Assembly (NCBI GenBank): GCA_037447605.1
Contig: CM074807.1
Span: 2,676,327-2,740,326, forward strand
Reading direction: 5' to 3'
Source: Zygnema circumcarinatum SAG 698-1b
Lineage: Eukaryota > Plantae > Zygnematophyceae
Length of the DNA stretch: 64,000 bases
Positions 37,201 to 49,160 of the stretch are shown here, one piece after another; position 1 is the stretch's first letter; the number at the start of each line of letters is the position of its first letter. A program made the translations under genes and the position numbers. Under the pieces are notes generated by a model. The model was not told where the DNA came from and ran no database searches. It saw only the letters and a list, made by a program, of their open reading frames with translations.

Positions 37201-37993
37201 TTGCGCACGCTTATGAAGTGGTGAGCTCTTAAAACTGTGTTTGGTGATTGATGCAGAGCTCTCTGTGGAGGAAAGCGGGAGGGAGTTTTCTATGATGCAA
37301 CGGTCCTTGAAGACGTTGAACCTTCCATGGAAGTGAGCTTCCTTGCTTGAGACCACATTCTGTTTGTCCTGTTTGTGTTTGGTGAACTTTTGTATGACCA
37401 ATCTCTTCTGATGGTTTCCCGCCCTCCTCTCATAGTAAATCCTTAGCTGTTCAAACCATGGAAGGTATGCTCTGAGCTCCTTTCTCCGACTGCCCTTTGG
37501 GACAGGTGCATGCAGAGGAGGTTTTTGGGCCGGTCGTGGTTTTGTATCCATACTCCGACTTCAAGGCTGCAGTGGAGGAGGTGAACCAGTCCAAGTTTGG
37601 GCTCCAAGCCGGCGTGTTCACTACTGACTTCAACAAGGCATTCTACGCGTTTGAGCAGCTGGATGTGGGAGGGGTCTGCATCAACGACATCCCCAGCATG
37701 CGAATCGACTCTCAGGTGGGCCCTCAACTGCAGCCTTCTCCTGGGCGTGTGGGTGATGTGAACCTTTTCTCCTCACACAGTACAGTACAGTGCTCTCCTG
37801 ATCATGCTTTCGGACTATAGGGGGCGTGCAGTAGGGCTGACGTGTCTGGGTGTGGGAGAGGCGGGTGCTGTTGCAGCCGTACGGCGGAGTGAAGGATTCT
37901 GGGCTTGGTAGGGAGGGCATTCGGTACGCCATGGAGGACATGACAGAGCTGCGAGTGATGCTTATGCGTAATGCGGGGAAGCTTGTTTCCTAG
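30136..37993 (+). CDS. Predicted fusion protein: bacterial-type ThDP-dependent decarboxylase (ALS-like/OgdA family) + Pro-rich linker + ALDH21-type (succinic-semialdehyde) dehydrogenase; about 30 exons, roughly 1,100 aa
   Basis: Both halves are intact (see the next two features). The junction intron 34241-34504 (ACT|GTAAGT ... CTGAC branch point ... GTGCAG|GTG) joins ...ANHHLQSTT to [11 protein letters not shown]... in phase 0 with no stop. Confidence 0.78.
34505..37993 (+). CDS. ALDH21: C-terminal half: linker + aldehyde dehydrogenase family 21 (13 exons)
   Basis: [10 protein letters not shown]...[29 protein letters not shown]...SPFNFPLNL...KPASRTP...FTGSP...VLELGGN (catalytic Glu)...[12 protein letters not shown] (catalytic Cys)...EEVFGP...[30 protein letters not shown] closely follows moss ALDH21A1 as I recall it. 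Confidence 0.92.
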
Positions 37994-38694
37994 ACACGCG
38001 CTGAACCCTTGTCAGTGGCCAGGAGTTTGCTTTCTCCTCTCCTCTTTTCTTGTGCAGGTGGGTTGGTTGGGCGCACTTATAAGGGCGTATGAGATGTGTG
38101 TATGTCGTGTATTTATATTGACCTTATGGGAGGAGAATCTTGTGACCATGCTGTCAATGACCTCATACAGGAAGAGTTGGAACCTACAGAGTTCATCAGA
38201 GCAGTTATTCCATTTTTTTTTATTTTACTGCAATTGTTTGACCACATTGCAGCTCCTCTAGCAATTAAACTATGCGCAGACATTACTGCGCTCGGCCATA
38301 AAAAAAACACCGTGGTTTGGAGAGAATGCCAAACCTGAGCATCATGCATGTCCATGTACCATCATGTTTGAACATGAAGGATGGTGCATTAAATCTCATG
38401 TCTTACATAGCTCTCTCCTTGTTCAAAAGCCATGACCATGATATTCAACGCCATCCTTGACACAGGAGGAAAACACAAAAAGGACAGCGATGTCCTAACT
38501 GACTTGCCTGCAGCGTGCTCCTTCACAGTGATCCTGTTATCTGCTGTCTAGTGTTTGCATAGACTTAAATTGGCTGCCGAAGGTGATTGAATTCCTGCAG
38601 GTTGACCTCCATTTCACAGAGCAGGCCGTAATCAGTGAAGTCAGACCATTGCGCCTCCCAGCGGTTGAGGGGAAAGCTTCTTCAGTAAAGGCTT

Positions 38695-41117
38695 TTACCG
38701 CAGGTCCACCATGTACCAGGGGGACTCAAGCTCCTTCACTGGTGTAATCCACTGCTTCAGCTTGGGCAGCTGCCGGGCGAACTTGACGACATGCCACCCT
38801 TTGGTGGTGGAATCTTCAACCATCGCTCCCGCCTGGTCGTAGGTGCATATAGAAATCTCGGCATGTAGTCGAACGGCGAGGACAAAGAACATATCATCGT
38901 GGTATTGCTCCAACTGAGGAACCAGGCTCTGCAGCCCAAAGCCTCCGCGGCCATCGTCCTGCCATGAAGGCAGCAACAACACTCCCAAGACTATCACTAA
39001 TCAATCTAATGTGCAACTGCCAGCATGTCCTTCGATTTGTTTGCAAATAAATAAAACCTGAAAGTTTACCTGACCATGTATGAATGTTAATAAACAAACT
39101 TTACATGTGACTCTCACAAGAACCTTCACTTCAGATCGGATACAGGAAAGAACAATGAAACATATTCCAGCCGGCCAGCTCACCGCAAAGGAAAAGTCAA
39201 AGTTGACGAGCCGGGCAGAGTCCACCTTCTTCACTGTGTATTCCACTCGCAGGTTTTGTTCTTTCCACTTTGGAATGTGTTTGTACTTTCCTATTGTCTG
39301 CTTATAAGCGATCTGTTCTCCATCCCAAAACCATTCATAGCATGTTTGATACACCCTGAACCGGTTTATCACAAACATTGATTTCCAGGAAAGTGGCATA
39401 GGGTTAAACATATGGTCTGCTAGTGAAAGAAACTGCATCCAGACTATTTCACATCCTTAACAGTACTTTTAAAAATGGAGGGAGGATTTCGAGTCTGCAG
39501 AATCACGAGGCAGTAAATAGGATAACAAGAAAGGTGTACCAGCCACATGGAAGTTTCTAAACTAAATTCTCCTTAAAGGCAGTTCTGATTGCAAACGAGA
39601 GAAACGACGACTCACATCAAATGCCGTCAACATCGGCGGAGAAACCATGTTTCTCATTGTCTCAAAATCACCCTTGCCAAATAACTCTTGAACTGCCAGA
39701 AAACAAGATTGCTATGTCAGGATCCAGAAAATAATCAGTTACAATACTCGAACTGCACTATAAGTGCAGGCGGGCAGGAAAATGCTTCAGGCCGTGCTGA
39801 GCAAGCAAACAAAAAAACCGAAGGGTCCTTGAAGCATTCAAAGAAAAAAAGAGTAAACCAGCTTGACTCCTCAAGCATGTAGCAAAGCTGCAACTTCAGC
39901 TTATCTTCGAAAAGTGTGAACGAGAACAGAGCAGGCACAGTCCGATATTGAACACATTGCCTCCTAAGTCATTTAGTCTTGTTAATGCCGTTTTGTCAAA
40001 ATAACAACTGACCGGTTATGAAGGCATGCTCTGCACCCTCCAAAAAGTCCTCCACGTCGAACTGTGACTCCAACATGAATGAGTGGAACTTTAAGTAAAC
40101 TGCCATCTGCCACTCCAACACAGTAACGTAGTGAATACCTGAACCCAGTCAGTAAATGAAAAACATCGAATACGCTGATTTCAGCATCAACGCTCAAAGA
40201 GTCACTCCATGGCATACGGTCTGATAAAACGTATGTGATGTAAGTAACAGTATCAAGCCGGTCATTTACAAGATGTGTGCTGCACTAACACTTCGTTATT
40301 GCGCAAGTATCTTAGAATTTTCAACAGCCAAAGTCGACAGTGGCAGGCCAGTAGGATTTTTGAATTAGAAAAAGGCAACCCGTATGACGTGCTTGAACAG
40401 GCTGCAGCTGGCTTACAAGTAAATCAACATTTTCCAATTGCAAGTTCTCTAGGAGTAAACTATAATTAGCAAAGATCACAATTGCAAAAACCTATTAAGT
40501 CCAAGCTGGTTTTCATAACTTACCTTAATTGAGGTCCAAAAGTCCATCAGAGAGTGACTCGGCTTTTGTTTTGATATATCGAAAACAACTTTGAAGGGTG
40601 TAGATGAACTTTCTGTGTTCATCTTGTCGGATGTGCTTTCTACCTGGGGAGTAACATCCTCTATGTGCTGTCTAGTTTCTTGGTTGCTGCTTCCTTGGGT
40701 TTTCACCGTCTCTTGATCGACATCCTTCCCTGACGTCCCTAATTCATCCGCCTTTGACGATTCTGATGAAGAAATTGGTCCCTCCTTCATGAGTGGGGCT
40801 CTTGAACTTATTTGTAACTTTTCCTTTTCTTCTCTTCTTTTTTTGTAGCTGTGGCTGCCCCGCCTAAAGGCTGTTGGAATGGGAGTACCTGCAAGATGTG
40901 AGCTTGTGCCATCCACATAATAAGAGACACCTGTTCTTGTATCTAGATTTGCAGAAGTGTTTAGTTCGGAAGCAGATTCAGAGGACACGAGACATCCGAG
41001 TCGCAACGTGTGCCAAGCAGGTGTCAATCCGGACTGGCCCAGGGATGAGGCGATGCCTGATGAAGCCAAAATAGCTTGCAGAGCCGCCTTGCAGCCCTTA
41101 CGCTTGAGTGCAGCCAT
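38695..41117 (-). CDS. Tim44-like domain protein (MAIP1/Mba1-like), probably mitochondrial
   Basis: Exon 1 (41117-40524) has an Arg/Lys/Ala-rich N-terminus. Later exons give FDVEDFLEGAEHAFIT|VQELFGKGDFETMRNMVSPPMLTAFD and LAVRLHAEISICTYDQAGAMVED...WHVVKFARQL...SPWYMVDLR*, which is the Tim44-fold pattern. One internal exon boundary is uncertain. Confidence 0.7.
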
Positions 41118-41416
41118 GGCAACCTGCTTCCAACGCTAGAACATTGCCTCGTCCTCACAGAAAGTGGCAGAGCTGAAAGGTTTGGAGCCGCGGAGATGTC
41201 GAACGGCAGCGCAAACGAATGCTGCCTCCGCTGGAAGCAGGATGGCCTCCCACTCGGCAGAGCAGGGAGCTGCGCGGACCTTCAATTTTTCACATTATTA
41301 GCTTTGTGCGCTGAGGGCTTTTGCGAGAATATCAGCTTGCAACCAGGAACAAGGTCGGGTAGAGAGGGGCTTCAGCATCCTTCGAGATTGCAGGCCTGCG
41401 CTCTTCTTTCTTGACG

Positions 41417-43956
41417 ATGACATCGAGATGGCAGTCTGTAATACCTTTGCGGGAGTCTTTGGGGCTTACTTGCGCATGTGGCATGGAGTCTGTTCGGTTA
41501 CAGGAGAGGAGGACTGGAAGCAGTCAGAGGATGCAAGCTTCAGAATTCTGCAAGAAGGGAAAAGCCTATGGTGCTGAAGAAGGAACTCGTTGCTCCCGCG
41601 CATCCAGTAAAGTCTGTTTACAACAAGGTCATTATTGCAACATGGAACGGCAGAGTGGGATTTGTTCGAAATTAGGAAGCTTACATCATGTGAAAAATTC
41701 AAGAGATATTGCAGCTGCTGGTTGGAGGATCTCTTTTGTCGGAGGCACCTTTCTTGAAAAAGCACCAGGCTCTTTATGCCGAGCGAGTTCAAGTGAAGGC
41801 AGTCACGATGCTGGAGTGGCTTCGGATGATGTACGAAGCTTTACATCGCATTTGCATTTCAATAACAAAGCTTGAAAGTATGCGATAACAGAACAAATGG
41901 CCCTGCTTTTCGTTTTTTGTTTCTTTGATTGGTGGCGGAGTTCTATGACAAGGCTGTTATTTTTTTCCTATAAAGCTTGAGAGAGCAGGATATTTTGAAT
42001 CCGTTGAATTCACTCCTCCTCACTTTGGCTTGGTGTACTTCATTGGAGCATGTTGGGCCGTCCACCTTGATAATTCTCCGCTTAAATGCAAAGTGCATTG
42101 TTTATTAAACGAACGACAGTTTTGACGCATGTTCTTCCCTTGCCGCGTGTTTGTACATTTTGCCTGCTCAAACAGATTATCAAACAACTGACCGAAGGAA
42201 GCAATTTGCTCAACAGAAAATGTCAAGGTGTTCAGTAGAGATTCCCAATTATGTTGATGAAAGTCAAGGTACAAGCATCAGAGGAATGGGAACTGTTCTT
42301 CATGAACAGTCTGCATTTGTTTCGCTGAGTTATTTGAAACTGTGAAATCTCTTGGCTCATTACACCCTGGACCCCCCTTATTGCACCCTGGACTGCTGCT
42401 GCTGTGTGCAGCCCCAAAACTCAGCGTTGAAAATAGAGCAGCTTCAAGTGGAGTTGGACCATGCAGTACGATCAGAGCAGTATGAGTTAGCTGCTCGACT
42501 TCGAGATCGCTTGCGGTACCTCATCTTTCACTCTTGCGAACCCTTCAGTTAGTGGAACCATAGGGTTTTGTGAGTTGTACAGAATAAAGCATAGAAGGTA
42601 TCGTAGACAAAGCTCTCTTTTGATTAGTCATTTCTTTGATTGACAGTCGAGCCCAAATGTTTCTGAATTGTTTTGAAGAGAGGCAACCGAATCGACTTCA
42701 AGGGGAAGGAGGGAACTGATCAGGGTCAATGCCATATGAATGTCAGTTGAGAAGTCAGTCTGCCTTTGGAACTATCTGTTTGAGCAGCTTACTGTTTTCT
42801 ACAGCTAGAAGAAAAGCATGTTCTTGTGCCATAATCGAATGGCCTGTCGTTGGGGGGCAGAATATTGCAGGAAGATGATGAAGCAGCCGTCCTAGCTGCT
42901 AATGCACTCTTCTACCGCGCATTCGCGAAAGCGGATCTGAGGCTCATGCGTCGAGTTTGGGTAAATGCCGAGCATGTGCAGTGCCTTCACCCAGGAAACA
43001 ACTGCATTTCTGGATATGACCTGGTAAGAGTTCTTCTTCCATGTAACTCTCTCATTAATCTATAGGGCACGTTTTCTCTTCTCTGTCAATATCTATACTT
43101 TCAGATTTCCCTACTACCTTCTTTGTCTTTCATGGCGGCAAGCCCTGCCTTTCATACATTTTGTTATCTTTCAGGTGTACCTGCCATGTCTGCTATCAGG
43201 CTTCCAAGTACCACACTTTGCTTTTTGCTTTTTGCTTTGCTTTTGAGTAAAGGAACGTGACTATCGCAATTAAAGTCCAGTGAACCACGTGGCGACCAAG
43301 AGCATGAATTTAGCCTGCTGAACTCCAAACGCGCAAAATTAGAATATGTTGCTTGCTGAAGAGCTTGACGGCTTGCACTTACCTTTGAAGATTTCTGCTG
43401 AAGGGATACAGAGGTGGCGTGTGCATGTGTTGCAGGTGATGGCCAGCTGGGAAGCAGTTCTGAGCAGTGCTCGGGAGTACCGCATCGACCTTGAGGATGT
43501 GCGCGTGCACACCAATGGGACCATGGCGGTTGTTACCTGCGTGGAGGTCATCCGAGCAGCTGGAGGCGCAGGCAGGTTGGTCCCATACCTCCGTCCTGAC
43601 ATCATGGGTGTGATGCGCTATCATGCCGGAAGCTCTATGCTGTAGTTGCGGGGATACATGGAGAGAGTTAGTTTTTTGCAAAGACCCTTTGTAAGCCATT
43701 GTTCGTCATCGCTAGCTTCATACACATTGGCAGGCGCTGTCTAAGGTCGTTAATACGAAACGAGCTCGTCGCTGCTTTGCAAGTGTTCTCTTTTTACGTT
43801 TTGACGTTTGTGTACTCTACGTTTTCATGTTGGCTCAAGCATTGGATGTCTGCGATGGGCAGGATAGCTGCAACAAATATTTACGAGAAGCAAGGGAATG
43901 AGTGGCGCATATGTCTGCATCACGGGTCCCAGGTGCCGACGTCACTGTTTGCATGA
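41417..43956 (+). CDS. UVR (UvrB/C) motif + SnoaL/NTF2-like domain protein (SKIP8-like family), likely plastid-targeted
   Basis: Exons give IEQLQVELDHAVRSEQYELAARLRDRL (UVR motif), then ANALFYRAFAKADLRLMRRVW...CLHPG...ISGYDL|VMASWEAVL...IDLEDVRVH...VTCVE|ATNIYEKQGNEWRICLHHGS*. The long Ser/Arg-rich N-terminus fits a transit peptide. Confidence 0.85.
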
Positions 43957-44701
43957 GCCGGCGCTGCACACGCTGAGCACAGCTCTGCTGGAGAAGAAAA
44001 GAGTACCCTCTGTCTTGGGGTGGCAGGAGGCACTTTGTTTCGAGTGGGTTTCAAGTCGGCTGTGGCGTAATGCGTGGGATTCAAGGATGCCCACATCGCG
44101 ATGGTTTGAGGCACAGCAGTAGAGGATGCCAGACCTCACACTTTTTAAGGCATAGCTGCGGATGGTTTATGGAGACGAGCAAGCCTGGCGCTGTATTGGA
44201 AAGTTTTTTAAGTACACATTTTGTTGCAATCACGTTGCTGCAAGTGCACGATTCGCCTTTGTTTCAGTTGCATCAACATCATCATATCCGCATGGTTCAT
44301 ATCTGCGAGACTTCCCCCCGCGCAGGGTGCAACTTCGTGCACCTTTTTCAAAAGTCGGGGGAGCCAAAGGTTGGCCGCGAGCTGCACAGAAGGGAAAGGT
44401 GTGGCCCACAACGGCGGGCCGTGCGCCTACCTCATCTTCAATGTGGATAAGACCGTAAGGGAAAAACAGATGGCGGCACCACCGTAGTACGGTACGGCAC
44501 GCGGACGTGACGCGCTGAAGGGGGAGTGCACCTGGTCGTAATCGCGTCGAGAGGAGCCCAGGTGTGAAAATAGAATAGGCAATGTCAAATGTTGGACCGC
44601 GGGGCCTATGCACGGCGATGGCCGTACGGTTCAACGGGACGGAACTGCGGACTGCAGCACGCGCCTGCACAGGGAATTGCCTCGTGTCGCGTTCCATGTA
44701 G

Positions 44702-44770
44702 TTAGGGTTTGCAGATGGTTTACTGAACGGAGTTCAGGGTTTGAGTTTCAGGGTTTGAGTTTTAGGGTTT
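44702..44770. promoter_or_regulatory. Cluster of telo-box/telomere-like motifs (TTAGGGTTT, TTCAGGGTTT x2, TTTTAGGGTTT)
   Basis: Four AAACCCT(A/G)A-like motifs lie within 70 bp upstream of the 45221 gene. Isolated telo-boxes also occur near 7943, 46371 and 51277. Confidence 0.55.
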
Positions 44771-45220
44771 GCAGGAAAGCTCTGAAGGTGCAAGCAGGGC
44801 CTTGCTGAGGAAAAACATTACTATTCTGAGCACAGGAATGCTGGGAAGAGCATAATATATGCTCCGCCTGTTTCTGTTTTTGGCTTATAAATCGATGGCT
44901 TCCTCTTCTACAGTTGGTCCTTGCGCAGCAGGATGAGTGGGCGCAGAGAGAGAGAGAGAGAGGCAGCCTCTCCTCCAGCTTTGCCTCTCTCTCTCTCGCC
45001 TTCTCCCTCCCTCGTCCTTCGTCGCACGCACTAATGTACGGTCAGACGGCTGAATTGAATGTACAGTACTGTACAGTAAGGTCGTACATTTGTAATGTCG
45101 TACACTCTGCCTCTGAGTAGTGCCCGTAGGGCCGCCCTCTGCCTCTGGGTGGTGCCCGTAGAGGAAGGGGAGGGAGAGAGGGAGGGAGGGAGAAAGAGAG
45201 GGAAGGAACTGCAAGGAGGT

Positions 45221-48189
45221 ATGAGGCGTATGCTCGTCCTGGCGGCCACTGCGATCTGCTACTTTTCAGCGGCGGGTGTGAAGGTGGATGGCAAGGAGAG
45301 TTCTGAAGGTGAAGCGGCTTTAGGGTTTGCTTTCGTATTGCATGGTGGGGGCCCTTATGGGATCCACTCTGTTTTTTTTTTAATGTATGACGCGCAAGAA
45401 AAGAGCTTGCCTGCTTACGCTTGTTTCTAGGGTTCGTCTTCTCTGTGCTTAATATGGTGCAGCTCAAAATGTCTGCTGGAACGGTCCTGCCGAAGCAAGG
45501 CAAGGTGTGGCTGGCGGACCCGCATATGAAGGAACAAATTATGTGGCAGGCGGCGCAGATTATAATATGCACATTTCAGGTGGACCTCTGTTTGTGATTT
45601 GCATACTTTATAAAAATGGTTGTTTTTAGAAATGGTTGCTGAAAAAGCTGTATTCATTTACCGCTCATGAATTATATTAGGGCTAGGACTTGCTGTGGGT
45701 CAAAAGGATCGCATTTGGGTGAGTCGTCGGGCTAACAGTTGTGTTGGATTGAAACAATTGCCTTAGGCAAGTCGTCAAACCCGTTTACAGGTTCTGACTA
45801 ATGTCTTTTTCCTTGTAGACTAATTCTGTATGGTTTGTTACGACAATTCAGGTAAACATTGTTCAATTTGTCTCGTCGGCATGAAATGCCAATTCACTCT
45901 CAAGTTTTCCTCTAATGCTTTCTTCGACTACACGCTGACAGCGTACCCTGAATTAACAGTCCTCCTCTCAGGTTAGTCTCGCCTCCTCTCTCTCTATCCC
46001 CCCCAGCCTGTCTCCTCTCTCTGCTTCTCTACACAACATGTGGGACATGCAAAGGTCTGTCGACCTCTAGGTTTGACATAGTTGTGGATTTCTATGCGTA
46101 ACTGTGCTCCGTTGGCTAGGACTAAACAGTTTCGGAGCAGTATTGCTTGTACAGGCCCTGCATTGATGCATGGAACCACTCAGAAAAGCCTGGAGGTAGC
46201 GTCCGGGTGGGAGTCCGTATACACAGTGAGCTATCAGACATGGGACGCAGGCAAATACATTCTCACTATAGACGCCGACTGCCCTAGGTGAGTCTCCGCG
46301 AATTCGAACGTAATCCAAAAGGCTTGAACAGAAATGGAACCCTATCGACCGTAGGAGTCCAAGCCCTATAAACCCTAAGGAGGGTGTGCAGACGGCTTGG
46401 CCTGCCAGGAAGGTTGGAGACAAGCCCTCCGTGCCGCTTCGACTAGTGACACTGAAACTGAGGATCTATGCTAAATCACGGAGAGAGCGGCATGTGGCGA
46501 CCCCCTGCTCGTTAGGGATATATGGCCGCTGGATAGACGATCGCAAAAATGTCACCAATAAAGGAGGGGCTGTCATGGAGGGGAAACGAAGATCCCTAAA
46601 AGAGTGGGCTCAACATACAGAGGACGGAATTCCCCCGCCTCGCAACCGGGAATATTTACATTTCGAGCCCTACCCCTGTGCCGGGCCCCTACAGCCGCTG
46701 GGGACGTTCGCAGAGGTGCTGCTGGAAAAAAATATTCGGGAAATTTCTATTGTTGGAGATTCGCATCTGCGCAGCGTTTTTGCGCACTTGCAGACGCTTC
46801 TCATTGGTGAGCCCCCCTCACCCCCTCCTCTCTTTTCTTCCCTTTGTAAAGGAGGTTGGCGCAGTAAGTTCTATAAACAATTTTCATTTTTTTTTCCAAC
46901 CTTTATCCCCTTAAAGCATAAATTGCAGAAACATCCCTTCTGCACAACACTTTGAAAGAAAGCCATAGAAATGCAGGGAGCTTCAAAGGAGACTACCATG
47001 GGAACACGGTGTGGTTCATAAAGCACAGGCGAACTGGAGAGGCCCTGCGGATCAACTACTATTGGATGGAGGGGGTATACAAAGAAGGCGAGCACGGCTG
47101 CATCCGGTTGCCAAAGGGAGACCCATATTGGCCGATGTACAGCAACACATCCGACATCATAGTTTTCAGCGAGGCCGCATGGACATTTCGGGTACATTCT
47201 CGCATGTTCAAAGAATCTAAAGTTGCTTTTGGGTTTTTTTTAGCAAGTTCTTGCTGAAAGTTTTACAAATACTGTCGGTTGGTCGGCGGGAATGGGAGAG
47301 AGGGAGTGAAGGAGGGAGGAGGGCTTTCACACGCGGTCGTACGATTCTTGTGGCAGTTCTGCAAAGACCCAATTGGATCCTATATGCAAAGCCTTCCCAG
47401 GTTCATGCGCTGGAACATGGCCCTCCCTCACAAAGAGACCGCGCGCTTCCTTTGGCGGACCTCGCCTCCGTTTCCGACGACGGCGTTCGGATGCAGCTTC
47501 CGGAAGCGGCGGTCCTGCCACATGGCGTGGGCCAACGATTTTGCAAAGTCAGTGCATGCATGGCATGTCATGTCGCATACATGCATCGCCTGCATGCTTG
47601 GCATCGCATATCGCATGCATGCAATGGCATGGCCGAAGGATGCGGGAAGTTAAGAGAGGGGGAGGATAGGGAACGAGTGGGGAGGGAAGCAAAGAGGGGA
47701 TATAGTGGGCGAGAGACAGAGACAAGGGGGGAGAAGGAGTGTGGGCGGGAAAAGAGACGATAGGGAGGAGGGGTGTGGGGAGGAGGAGAGAGGGAATGGG
47801 GAGTGGAGAGGGAGAGTCGGGAGAGAGGTGGGGGAAGAAAGGGGGGAGTGGGAGAGGGAGTTTGGGAGGGGGGGAAGGAAAACGAGAGAGCGAGTAAGGG
47901 AAAGGGAAAGGGCGAAGGGAGGGGGAAGAGAGGGTCGTCATCTAAAAAGAGTGCTCCCTGTCCTGTCCTGTTTTGCAGGCTCCTTGCTCCAAATTTTGGT
48001 TTCAAAATTTTGGACCTGTGGCCTGTCGAAGCTCCGCGGTACGGCGACACGTGTTGGCGGGAGAAGAGGCGGGCCGTGTGGGTGAAGGACACGCACTACT
48101 CGTGCATGTTCGCGAACAACACGAAAGTGTATGGAGAGGTGGGGGAGGCCGTGCTGCGCGTCTTTGTGCACGCGCTGGCCAACCTGTGA
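45221..48189 (+). CDS. Secreted/endomembrane NXPE/PC-esterase-like SGNH acyl-esterase or O-acetyltransferase with an N-terminal Ig/filamin-like domain
   Basis: Signal peptide MRRMLVLAATAICYFSAAG; Ig-like GPALMHG...YTVSYQTWDAGKYILTI; catalytic-type IVGDSHLRSVF and C-terminal KDTHYSC; LWRTSPP motif; ends VLRVFVHALANL*. Confidence 0.7.
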
Positions 48190-49160
48190 CTGGCACAAAC
48201 CTGGCGTCGCAATCAGGGGGGGAACGGCTGATGGGTCTCCAAATACAGCTGCAGGCAAAGGGCTGCAGTTCTCACATGGGTTATGGCTGGGGATGGCTTT
48301 TGGCTTAAAGTTTAATATTCATGAATTTTATGGCCTGATCGGGAGCCAGTTCACAGTTGCTTGGGAATCAGGGTCAAGGGTTTACTGGTCGATTGTAAAT
48401 GTTTTCGCATCTGGTGACAGGAAACTAGAAAATCAGTTTGCAGGGTTTTGCGAGGTAATCTCTCACCTGGGAACTGGAATAACCAAAACTTTGCTTATTG
48501 TAAATAAATTAGCAATGTTGATCCTATCGGCATTTTTCTCGTCGTGGTTTTAAGATGCGTCCTTTGCGGAGCACTCTCGGCCGTCTGTGCGAGTTCAAAG
48601 TCGAGGGCCACTTTGTTGCAGTAAACCTCCATATCATGCGAAAAAATGTTTAAAATAGTTGGGGATAAATCAGATGATGGGGCTTCTTTCTCTCCCGCCT
48701 TTTCTCCCTTTCAAAGGGCATAGGGTCCTCAGGATTTTGGGTGTTTGAATGCGCTCTGTGCATGACAGCACATTGAAAAGCATGGACAAGCCCAACGTGT
48801 GCATGCTGCTGGGTAGCTCCTCCACAGCGTTCAACGCAGATACGGAAAGGCGCACAGTCTACAATTCCTTCAGTCAACCAGTTGAATGAAATTGAGCCAT
48901 GAAAACGCACACTTCACTGCACTTGAGCATTGCCGTGCAACTCGACGGCACTTCATACACGGCGTCCTTGTACACAACACGGACCTTTTCCATGTCCTCG
49001 ACTGCTTCAGAGATATCATACAACAAAGCGTTCAAAGGTCTTTACAAGGAGCTTTGTACATCTTGTGTACTTTGTACAGTACACTTCATTTCCTAAGGCT
49101 CCAAAAACAAAGCATACAAACTCTTTCTGCAAATCCCTCATTCCCAAGCCTTGCAAGGCC

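Noticed and set aside
44230-44697. 155-aa minus-strand ORF, with or without an apparent GT-AG intron at 44382-44430
   Set aside because: No recognisable motif. The putative intron is only 49 nt, shorter than the real introns here, and the region is GC-rich promoter-like sequence that readily gives chance ORFs.
45942-45971. Possible 12- or 30-nt microexon (AYPELTVLLS) in the NXPE-like gene
   Set aside because: It has good splice signals and preserves frame, but direct splicing (MHIS|GPAL) works equally well. This cannot be decided without RNA data.
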